From the NCBI GenBank assembly GCA_028355015.1, contig JAOMRN010000003.1, forward strand, positions 48,142 through 112,141: DNA of 64,000 nt. The letters are read 5' to 3'. Position 1 is the first letter of the stretch. Every line of letters begins with the position of its first letter. The notes beneath the pieces are model-generated. The model saw nothing but the letters and a program-made list of their open reading frames with translations. It was not told the origin of the DNA and searched no databases. Positions 51,144-59,130 of this stretch are shown piece by piece. Origin of the DNA: Methanobacteriota archaeon. GTDB taxonomy: Archaea > Thermoplasmatota > Poseidoniia > Poseidoniales > Thalassarchaeaceae. A program made the translations under genes and the position numbers.

Positions 51144-51806
51144 ATGAGTGAGCAGTTAGTAGTTGTGAATTTTAAAACATACGAGTCTGCTCATGGCGTA
51201 GCGGCAGAAGAATTAGCATCAATTATGGGACAGATAGAAACAGATGCAAGGATGATTGCTGTGGTGTCTGCGTTTGACTTATCTGCTGTTGTTTCCATGG
51301 CTCCAAATCTTGAGATTTGGACTCAACATCTTGATCCGATTAATTTTGGTTCTAATACCGGTTGGCTACATCCAGAAACTGCAATACAACGTGGTGCTAA
51401 AGGCACTCTAATTAATCATGCAGAGCATAAAGTATCAATTGAACACATCGCAATGTTACTAGATAGTGTTCCTGAAGGATTCACTGTTTGTGCGTGTGCA
51501 GCTGATATCGACGAAGCCAGAGCATTATCTGCTCTCCAACCAGACTATGTTGCTGTCGAACCACCTGGACTAATTGGTGGAGAAATGTCGGTGACAACAG
51601 CTGATCCTGAAATTGTTAGTGGAACCGCTCGTGCTATTCGGGAGATTAGTAAAGACGTAGGCATTTTGTGTGGTGCAGGCATCAAAAATGGACAGGATGT
51701 AGTTAAGGCCATAGAATTAGGGACTTCTGGAGTTTTATTAGCCAGTGGCGTAACTAAAGTTAAAGACGCCAAATCAGCTTTGGAAGATTTAGTTTCAAAA
51801 CTTTAG
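51144..51806 (+). CDS. tpiA: Triosephosphate isomerase (archaeal type)
   Basis: VNFKTY, NHAEH, AVEPP, LCGAGI, GVLLASG. Confidence 0.96.
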   Translation: MSEQLVVVNFKTYESAHGVAAEELASIMGQIETDARMIAVVSAFDLSAVVSMAPNLEIWTQHLDPINFGSNTGWLHPETAIQRGAKGTLINHAEHKVSIEHIAMLLDSVPEGFTVCACAADIDEARALSALQPDYVAVEPPGLIGGEMSVTTADPEIVSGTARAIREISKDVGILCGAGIKNGQDVVKAIELGTSGVLLASGVTKVKDAKSALEDLVSKL

Positions 51807-51869
51807 GGAAATCCGGTAAATGATCTTATGCCATTAACATTTAGATAGTCATAGCTAATGATTAGATAA

Positions 51870-51977
51870 TCACTGTTTTGCTCTCTTTCGAGATGCTTTT
51901 CGGCGACGAAGCTTCTTCTTACGCCATTTCCAGCGTTGGTTTCCTTGCTTCTTCCAGGCACGTGAACCTCGCTTCAT
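51870..51977 (-). CDS. rpl41e: Ribosomal protein eL41 (eS32), 35 aa (not in ORF track)
   Basis: MKRGSRAWKKQGNQRWKWRKKKLRRRKASRKRAKQ; RWKWxKK motif; CTCATATA box 23 nt upstream. Confidence 0.85.
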   Translation of the reverse strand: MKRGSRAWKKQGNQRWKWRKKKLRRRKASRKRAKQ

Positions 51978-52058
51978 TCAGCACGCCGACCTACTGCCCC
52001 TATATGAGCGATTTGTAGTGTAAGAACAGACGTTCGTCCCTGGATGTGTGTGTTTGAG

Positions 52059-52135
52059 TGGTGGGCGATACAGGATTCGAACCCATGTCATCGGCTTAGA
52101 AGGCCGATATGATATCCAGACTACACCAATCGCCC
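52059..52135 (-). tRNA. tRNA-Arg(UCU), CCA encoded
   Basis: GGGCGAT/ATCGCCC acceptor, TCGGC-CTTCTAA-GCCGA anticodon arm, GTTCGAATC T-arm. Confidence 0.95.
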
Positions 52136-52169
52136 TTGGGCTGTCGCGGTAGTATCTCTCTCATGAACC

Positions 52170-52952
52170 CTACACCTCAGAGATATCTTCTAGAAGCTCA
52201 CCTACAGCATCTTCTAGTACGATTTGCATTTCTTCTACATCCTTTCCTGCACTGTAATTTAATTCACCATCATCTTGTATATCTTTCCTTATATCTTTGA
52301 CACTTCTTCCGATTATTTTACTAATTTCTTTTTTCTGACTTAAATTCCCTCTTCTTAAAGAAATTAAATTAATTATAGATGTGATACTACGTAGAACTCC
52401 TTCTACAACCGCTATTAAGAATAGGCTGCTGACGAATGAAGTTGCAATCTCTTCCAGACTTTGCAATAATTCTCTAATTTCAGAAACCTGAACCTGAGCA
52501 TCTCCCACTAAAAACACACCGAGTACGCCGAATGGTAGCATTTTTGCAACATCTCTTGAAAGATCTTCAGTCCAGTATGATAGTATTCTAACAGAACCTA
52601 CTACTGAAGTAGCAATTAGTGCGTTTCTTGAATGGTCTGCGTCTGAAGACAAGAGTGTCAAGATAATTGCCAATACTAATGTCCAGAACGTGAGTAGTAT
52701 TGGAATTATCAAAATATACTGTATTACGAAAGTAATTGATTTGATATATTTTTTAATTTTCCCAGTCAGATTATTTGAGTATTTATCTAGATTTAGAGTG
52801 ATCAAATCCCTTTTGGCTAAATTTCTATAGAAAATAAATACGAATATTGAGTAAGCAGATATAGCGAGAATTGCACCTAGAGTTGGATACGACTCATCAA
52901 TAATTAATCGAATAAGTTCCTCTACTTCAGCCCTGTTACTTGGTACATCCAT
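52170..52952 (-). CDS. Hypothetical membrane protein
   Basis: 4-5 TM; EDLSRDVAKMLPF motif. Confidence 0.65.
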   Translation of the reverse strand: MDVPSNRAEVEELIRLIIDESYPTLGAILAISAYSIFVFIFYRNLAKRDLITLNLDKYSNNLTGKIKKYIKSITFVIQYILIIPILLTFWTLVLAIILTLLSSDADHSRNALIATSVVGSVRILSYWTEDLSRDVAKMLPFGVLGVFLVGDAQVQVSEIRELLQSLEEIATSFVSSLFLIAVVEGVLRSITSIINLISLRRGNLSQKKEISKIIGRSVKDIRKDIQDDGELNYSAGKDVEEMQIVLEDAVGELLEDISEV

Positions 52953-52992
52953 AGTCTATGCTAGCCCTTTCATGGTAATATCGTTACGACTC

Positions 52993-53547
52993 TTATGATT
53001 TGAAAGGCATAGCGCATTTAGGGCATCTACTAGGCATAGTTACTCTTTTCCTCTCCCATGTATATCCACAGTCTCCGCATATCCACTGCCTTTCAGGTAA
53101 TTTCTCTAAGACTCTTTCTCGCATTTCTTGTAATACTGTCGAATCTGATAGTTTGGGCGGAGGTGCGATTTCCTTAGCTAAATCTGCATGTGTACTTCCA
53201 TGATCTAACAATCCAGATGCATGTAGTAACTCATGTACTAGTGTATGCTGATATAATTCTGAATCATTGTTTAATAATGGATTTAGACCAATTGTCACTG
53301 GCCCGCAAGAAACTCTAAGTTTTCTTCTACGAAAAAGCTCATTCGCGTTACATTCAAACCTAGTCATTCCTAATCTTGACTCATTTTTATCAATCCAGAT
53401 AAGTTGTAAGTTTTTTCCAAGATACTTCAAGAAAGGCGCTTCATTTTTTGTTAATTTAGACTTAAGTTCGTCTATTAATCCTTCAGGAAGCCATGGCTTT
53501 TCTGGTAGGTTGACTATTTTCTCTTCCTGCCCGCTGTCTCCAGTCAT
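52993..53547 (-). CDS. SprT-like zinc metalloprotein with Zn ribbon
   Basis: TLVHELLH, CGDC, CPKC. Confidence 0.72.
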   Translation of the reverse strand: MTGDSGQEEKIVNLPEKPWLPEGLIDELKSKLTKNEAPFLKYLGKNLQLIWIDKNESRLGMTRFECNANELFRRRKLRVSCGPVTIGLNPLLNNDSELYQHTLVHELLHASGLLDHGSTHADLAKEIAPPPKLSDSTVLQEMRERVLEKLPERQWICGDCGYTWERKRVTMPSRCPKCAMPFKS

Positions 53548-53600
53548 ACCGTTGCCTAATCCATTCTCCTTAAATGACCGTCGCAGGTCGCCTGTTCATA

Positions 53601-53677
53601 GGGCGTGTGGCGCAGCTTGGAAGCGCGCTTCTTTGGCTAAGAAGAGGCCCCGAGTTCAAATCTCGGCTCGTCCACCA
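53601..53677 (+). tRNA. tRNA-Ala(GGC), CCA encoded
   Basis: Cloverleaf with G3:U70, A73, CTTCT-TTGGCTA-AGAAG anticodon arm, GTTCAAATC T-arm. Confidence 0.9.
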
Positions 53678-53872
53678 TAATTTTCCACTCTGATTTTTGC
53701 CACAAACAGTAATATTAAATTACTCTTAAATTTTTATTATTTTTTAAAAATCGTATTTTTTGTTATTTTTTACTATTTACAAGTAATATTCCTGAAAAAC
53801 GCTTGACTGATAGAATTAATCGAAAACTATGGAAAATGAAAATTCTTTGAGCATTCTCCAATCAGTCTATAT

Positions 53873-55924
53873 ATGCTGCATAGACCCCATCAGATGATGA
53901 AGCCTAGATTTAGTGCTCTATTTTTATGCACGCTGATGATTGCCTCGGTATTTGCCGGGTGTCTCGGTGGCGAAGACGATGTAGATGGTTGCATGGATGC
54001 AACCGCTAACAACTACAACGCTGACGCCACAGTAGACGACATGTCTTGTACCTATGACCCAACTATGACTTCCGTAATGGAATCATATGCGGCAGATACT
54101 ATGGCATATGATGACGCTTGGTCATCTCTGCAGAGCATACGTGCTTGTGCTGAGACAGGATCAAACAACCCATGCGAGATTGTTGAAATGACAATCGGTG
54201 ATGCATCTACGTTTGACCCTCATGATGCTTATGATTCAGCATCTGGTGACGTTATTGAGAATGTTTTCGATACCCTATACAGGTATGAAGGAGATGGCTC
54301 AGGAAATGCGATTATCGTACCACGTTTAGCTACTGGCCACACAATTAGTGATGACCAACTAACGTACACATTCACTCTACGTGATGATGTATACTTCAGT
54401 AATGGTGACCATATGACTGCTGAAGATGTTGTATATTCATGGGAAAGAGTGAATGAAATGGCAAGCCCACTTTCACACGTTTCTTGGATTACTGAACAAA
54501 ATTTTAACACGTCAGGTCTGACAATGATTGATGATACTCACTTTTCGGTAACTTTGATGCAACCATATGCTGGATTCATTTCTACAATCGCTTACACTGT
54601 TGGTGCTATTGTAAACAAAGACCTTTGTGAAGCCAATAGAATAGTTACTGCTGATGATCCTGCAACTGCTGATGTAGACGAGTCATCTGATGACTGGTGT
54701 CATGGATGGATGGACGAAGCACCTCTTGGTGCAGGTACCGGTGCTTACATTGTTGATTCATGGACTCGTGAGACTTCAATCGTTCTGACACCTAACTGGA
54801 TGTACTGGGAAGATGGTGGATTCAATATCAACCGTTTCACTTCACAAATAGTTACTGAAGCTTCAACTCGTCTTCTTGCTTTCCAAGATGGTGAGGCTGA
54901 TTTCGGTTCATTAAACATCGAGGATGAGCCAGAGTTCTGTGATAATTATGAAGATGGACCTAATGTAGTAGGTAAGGAAGGATTCGTTTGTACATACAGA
55001 GAATCTTTCACAATTACTCTATCTGCAATGAATGTTATGCCAAAGGCTCTAGATGCTGGTGAAGAAAGCAACAACACTGATGCTAACTCGTCTCTAGTTC
55101 TAAATCATGACTGTGATATGGATGGTACAATGGATTGTAACGTAATGTCACAATCTGCAGTTCGTAAGGCCATTGCATATGCTTTCGATTATGATACAGC
55201 ACGCCGTGATACATACAGCGGACAATTAGCTCCAGTATACGGCCCAATTCCTAATGGTTTCTTGTATGATGAGACTCAATCACAGGTATTCAGCTACGAT
55301 CTAACCATTGCTGAGCAAACTCTTGAAGATGCAGGATTCATCAAGCAATATGACTGTTCAAGTCTAACTGTTGCAGGTGCACCAACTGTAGTTGCTGAGG
55401 GAGATAGAGATGGTGACGAATGTCGCCTACCAAACATTCTGAGAATCATGGCTAACGAAGGTAACGATTACCGTATTGCTATGGCTGGTCAAATTGCACA
55501 GTCATTAGGTTCAATCGGTGTTGCAACTGATGGTGATGCAAAGCCTTGGGCTGAGTATCTAACAATGTACTACACTAGTACATTCGAGATCAGATTCAGT
55601 GGATGGGCTCCAGATTATCTGGACCCAGATAACTACTGGACTCCATTCGCTGCAAGTCACGATGCTGGCGGAGACGCATATGGTACAAATTACCACAATG
55701 CGGCTCTAGATGAGAATCTAACAGCAGCTCGTGTTTCAACAGACGATGCAGAGCGTACACAACTGTACAGTAATGCATTCGCTCTTTGGACGGAAGACCC
55801 GAACATGATAATCATCGGCCAAGGTAATGGTATTAGCGTAAAGCGTACTGATATTGTATCCGCTCCATGGGCAGCTATAGGCTCTGCTCACTGGTTTGAC
55901 TACGATAAGTTACCAGTAGCTTGA
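53873..55924 (+). CDS. dppA: Peptide ABC transporter substrate-binding lipoprotein (SBP family 5); start may be slightly downstream
   Basis: FAGC lipobox, FDPHDAYD, LRDDVYFSNG..TAEDVVYS, GTGAY, VRKAIAYAFD, GWAPDYLDPD. Confidence 0.92.
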   Translation: MLHRPHQMMKPRFSALFLCTLMIASVFAGCLGGEDDVDGCMDATANNYNADATVDDMSCTYDPTMTSVMESYAADTMAYDDAWSSLQSIRACAETGSNNPCEIVEMTIGDASTFDPHDAYDSASGDVIENVFDTLYRYEGDGSGNAIIVPRLATGHTISDDQLTYTFTLRDDVYFSNGDHMTAEDVVYSWERVNEMASPLSHVSWITEQNFNTSGLTMIDDTHFSVTLMQPYAGFISTIAYTVGAIVNKDLCEANRIVTADDPATADVDESSDDWCHGWMDEAPLGAGTGAYIVDSWTRETSIVLTPNWMYWEDGGFNINRFTSQIVTEASTRLLAFQDGEADFGSLNIEDEPEFCDNYEDGPNVVGKEGFVCTYRESFTITLSAMNVMPKALDAGEESNNTDANSSLVLNHDCDMDGTMDCNVMSQSAVRKAIAYAFDYDTARRDTYSGQLAPVYGPIPNGFLYDETQSQVFSYDLTIAEQTLEDAGFIKQYDCSSLTVAGAPTVVAEGDRDGDECRLPNILRIMANEGNDYRIAMAGQIAQSLGSIGVATDGDAKPWAEYLTMYYTSTFEIRFSGWAPDYLDPDNYWTPFAASHDAGGDAYGTNYHNAALDENLTAARVSTDDAERTQLYSNAFALWTEDPNMIIIGQGNGISVKRTDIVSAPWAAIGSAHWFDYDKLPVA

Positions 55925-55953
55925 GTCTTATTGACTAGTTCGGAAATACGTAA

Positions 55954-56001
55954 GGCCGATAACAGTCACTACGGTGGCTGTTATCGAGCCGTTTTTTTTT
56001 T
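55954..56001 (+). terminator. Hairpin + T10 intrinsic terminator/attenuator after dppA
   Basis: CGATAACAGTCAC-TACG-GTGGCTGTTATCG stem (13 bp, one GU) followed by T10. Confidence 0.8.
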
Positions 56002-56076
56002 GATTCTCTAAATGATTATTTTGAGAATTATAAATTGGTTTTTTAAACCAATATTTCAACCTAATTTAGGTGGGAT

Positions 56077-57219
56077 TTGTCTATGAAGCTACAAGAATTT
56101 ATTGTCAGAAGATTAATCCTCTTAATCCCTGTAATCATGGGAGTTTCAATATTCACATTCGCTATAGCCCAGATTATACCTGCCGACCCTGCAGCCGCCT
56201 TATGTGGTGAAAAATGTGGAGTAGTTGGCTCCAATGGACTAACTGCCTACGAATCTAATGTCATAAGATTGGGTCTTGATAAACCAGTATGGCAGCAATA
56301 TGTCATATATGTTACAAATCTTCTTGAGGGTGACTGGGGTGAATCAGTTACATTCCATCGTCCAGTAATTGAGAAGCTCAGAGATGCTGCTCCTATCACT
56401 CTTGAGATGTCTTTTTTATCTCTAGCAATGGGATTTCCCATGGGCATCACTTTAGGAATTTTTAGCGCAGTATGGCAAGACAAACTATTCGACCAGGCAT
56501 CCAGATTTGTTGCGATTGCATTTGTTAGTTTACCCATATTTTGGTTAGCCATGATGTTCCAATATATTCTCGGAACTCAAGTTGGTATATGCGATCCAAT
56601 AACTCAGGCTTTACCTTTGGTTCCTGATACTGAAGGTGGTTGTTTTCCTATATACGGGAGACATGATCCTACCTATACATTCCCAGATACAGGGACTGGG
56701 TTCCACTTAATCGATAGTTGGATTGTAGATGAGCCAACGAAATTCAATCCTCAGACAAATCGTTACGAAGTTTCAATGTCTCACATGGATATGTTTATGG
56801 ATACTTTAAAGCATCTATTCTTACCCTGTTTCACACTAGCAGTGGCGAGTACTGGAGGACTTCTAAGATATATGAGAGCCAGCCTTTTAGAGGTGATGAA
56901 TGAAGATTATGTTAGAACCGCTCGAGCTAAAGGAATTTCTGAAACTAGAGTCATTCTAGTCCATGCTGTACGTAATGCTTTGGTGCCAATAGTTACGATT
57001 CTAGGATTCTCTATAGGGGGTGCCATAGGAGGCGCTGTTCTTACAGAAACCATATTTGCATTCCCAGGTATGGGTAAAACAGCTGTCGATGCTATTGTTT
57101 ACTTAGATTTTTCAATGATAATGGGGGTTACTTTAGTTACGGCTATAATTTTCCTCCTCTCTAATTTACTTGTAGATATTTCATACGCTATAGTCGATCC
57201 AAGGGTGCGATTAGAATGA
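56077..57219 (+). CDS. dppB: Peptide ABC transporter permease
   Basis: IPADPA, GLDKP, GDWGES, EDYVRTARAKG, TETIFAFPGMG, DPRV. Confidence 0.93.
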   Translation: MSMKLQEFIVRRLILLIPVIMGVSIFTFAIAQIIPADPAAALCGEKCGVVGSNGLTAYESNVIRLGLDKPVWQQYVIYVTNLLEGDWGESVTFHRPVIEKLRDAAPITLEMSFLSLAMGFPMGITLGIFSAVWQDKLFDQASRFVAIAFVSLPIFWLAMMFQYILGTQVGICDPITQALPLVPDTEGGCFPIYGRHDPTYTFPDTGTGFHLIDSWIVDEPTKFNPQTNRYEVSMSHMDMFMDTLKHLFLPCFTLAVASTGGLLRYMRASLLEVMNEDYVRTARAKGISETRVILVHAVRNALVPIVTILGFSIGGAIGGAVLTETIFAFPGMGKTAVDAIVYLDFSMIMGVTLVTAIIFLLSNLLVDISYAIVDPRVRLE

Positions 57220-59126
57220 GTGATTTCACCACTGATTTCATTTTGTATAGCATATATTTATTTTTCTTAATTTTTACTATTGGGATTATTTTTGATAAAA
57301 TAAGAGGTAAAAAGTGGGCAGAAAGCCTTGAAGATCGTGAGGAGGGATTCACACGATTCATCCAAGGCTGGAAACAAAGATTTTATGACTTAAAAAAAAG
57401 TTGGAAGATTTTTAGGAAATCAATACTTGCTATAATCGGTTTAACTCTTATAGTTACAGTTTCAACTATCAGTATTTTTGCAGATGATATTGCAGTCGAA
57501 CATCCTTACAGGAATTTGCAAGATACAGAAGATCTTTGGTGGATTGATAACGAACCAAGAAGAGAAGCTCCATTCTCGGAGGCATGCGATTGGCATGAGC
57601 AAGGGATTGATTTATTTGGAATAAAAACTAAAGGGTATTCTCGTTATGTACCTGCTGTTTCAGATCCAGTGATTGATGAAAACGGATCTCTTACACCAAT
57701 ACCCCTAGAAATTATTGAGATTGAATTTATCGAAGATGATTTAGGTTATGATTTGAATAATTCTTTGATAATAGTCTATAATGAAACCACATTTTTTGTG
57801 ACGGACGAAGCGTTAAACATTACTAGTTCAAAAATATGGGTCACTTATGAATTTCAGAATAATGACATGCATCATTGGTGGTTACCTGATGGTTATGATG
57901 TATGTATTATGGGTACCACAAATACCGGGCAAGATTTGTTTAGTAAGATATTATATGGTTCCCGTATTTCACTAAAAATAGGTATTACCGTTGCGTTCTT
58001 AACTGTTGCATTGGGTACAATTGTTGGAAGCATAAGTGGGTATTATGGCGGAGTTATTGACGAAGTAATCATGCGAATTACTGATGTATTCTTTGCAGTG
58101 CCTGGCTTGATTTTAGCAATGGCTTTTGTCGCCGCATTACAGAATACTACAAGCCTAACAATCGCGATGTCCACCGCAGCATTTTTATTGTTATTTTTTA
58201 ATATTCTTTCTACAAGAAACGTAATTTCTGAATTAATTACAGGAGAAGGAACCGATCGAAATTTAATGTTTAAAATAAAAAATAAATTGGCGTCACAGTC
58301 TGATTTAGAAAATAAAGTTTTTAATTTCAAAAACTCAATACTTGAAATCGCGTTATTTTTATTGCGCTTCAGAGGAGTTTTATTAGTAGGTTTAACATTA
58401 ATTTTCTTAGGGAGTTTTTGGCCAGAATTATGGTCAAATAATACTGACGTGAAGTTAGTTAAATCATTAACTTTAGTTGCGATTTTCACCCTATATGTGG
58501 TAATAACAATCTTGGATAAAACATTAAATGAAGGTGTACCTAGTAAATTGATTTCAAAGAGAATCTCTGAATCATTTGATTTTGGGAATCCTTATCGATT
58601 CTTAGCATTAAGGACGATTCTGATATTCATTTCAGTCGTTTTGTTAATTTTTGTAACTAAATCCAGTGATTCCGATTTTATTCTGATTAAGGACTTTGAT
58701 AGATTATGGAAAATTCAGGCTGCATTAATATTAACTGGTTGGCCTGGTTATGCAAGACTGATCCGAGGTCAAGTCTTGTACATCAGAGAGATGACGTTTG
58801 TAGAGGCAGCAAAATCTGTGGGAGCCCCTGATGGAAGAATAATGTTCAGGCATATATTACCGAGTGCTTGGGCCCCGTTGTTGGTTGCTTTTACACTTGA
58901 TGTAGGTGGTACAATATTATCTGCATCTGGTTTATCTTTCATAGGCCTCGGTGCTGAACCGGGGACTGCAGAATGGGGTATTCTGGTTTCTGATGGCCGT
59001 AGATTTTTCCCCAATTCCTGGTGGTTAGTGACATTCCCTGGTTTGGCGATTTTACTCACAACTCTTGGTTTCAATTTGCTCGGAGATGGATTAAGAGATA
59101 TAGTAGATCCGAAAAATAAGAGGTGA
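57216..59126 (+). CDS. dppC: Peptide ABC transporter permease with extra inserted domains
   Basis: GTTNTGQDLFSKILYGSRISL, WPGYARLIRG, FVEAAKSVGA, FNLLGDGLRD. Confidence 0.9.
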   Translation: MSDFTTDFILYSIYLFFLIFTIGIIFDKIRGKKWAESLEDREEGFTRFIQGWKQRFYDLKKSWKIFRKSILAIIGLTLIVTVSTISIFADDIAVEHPYRNLQDTEDLWWIDNEPRREAPFSEACDWHEQGIDLFGIKTKGYSRYVPAVSDPVIDENGSLTPIPLEIIEIEFIEDDLGYDLNNSLIIVYNETTFFVTDEALNITSSKIWVTYEFQNNDMHHWWLPDGYDVCIMGTTNTGQDLFSKILYGSRISLKIGITVAFLTVALGTIVGSISGYYGGVIDEVIMRITDVFFAVPGLILAMAFVAALQNTTSLTIAMSTAAFLLLFFNILSTRNVISELITGEGTDRNLMFKIKNKLASQSDLENKVFNFKNSILEIALFLLRFRGVLLVGLTLIFLGSFWPELWSNNTDVKLVKSLTLVAIFTLYVVITILDKTLNEGVPSKLISKRISESFDFGNPYRFLALRTILIFISVVLLIFVTKSSDSDFILIKDFDRLWKIQAALILTGWPGYARLIRGQVLYIREMTFVEAAKSVGAPDGRIMFRHILPSAWAPLLVAFTLDVGGTILSASGLSFIGLGAEPGTAEWGILVSDGRRFFPNSWWLVTFPGLAILLTTLGFNLLGDGLRDIVDPKNKR

Positions 59127-59130
59127 TTTT

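Noticed and set aside
53601-53677. Reading this tRNA as Pro(TGG)
   Set aside because: Stem register centres GGC in a 7-nt loop, and G3:U70 indicates Ala.
53267-53680. 137-aa ORF running through tRNA-Ala
   Set aside because: Antisense to the SprT-like gene and overlaps a good tRNA.
53601-53870. tRNA-Ala as integration site of a genomic island
   Set aside because: No integrase and no repeat of the tRNA 3' end seen downstream; the AT-rich stretch is explained as terminator plus dppA promoter.
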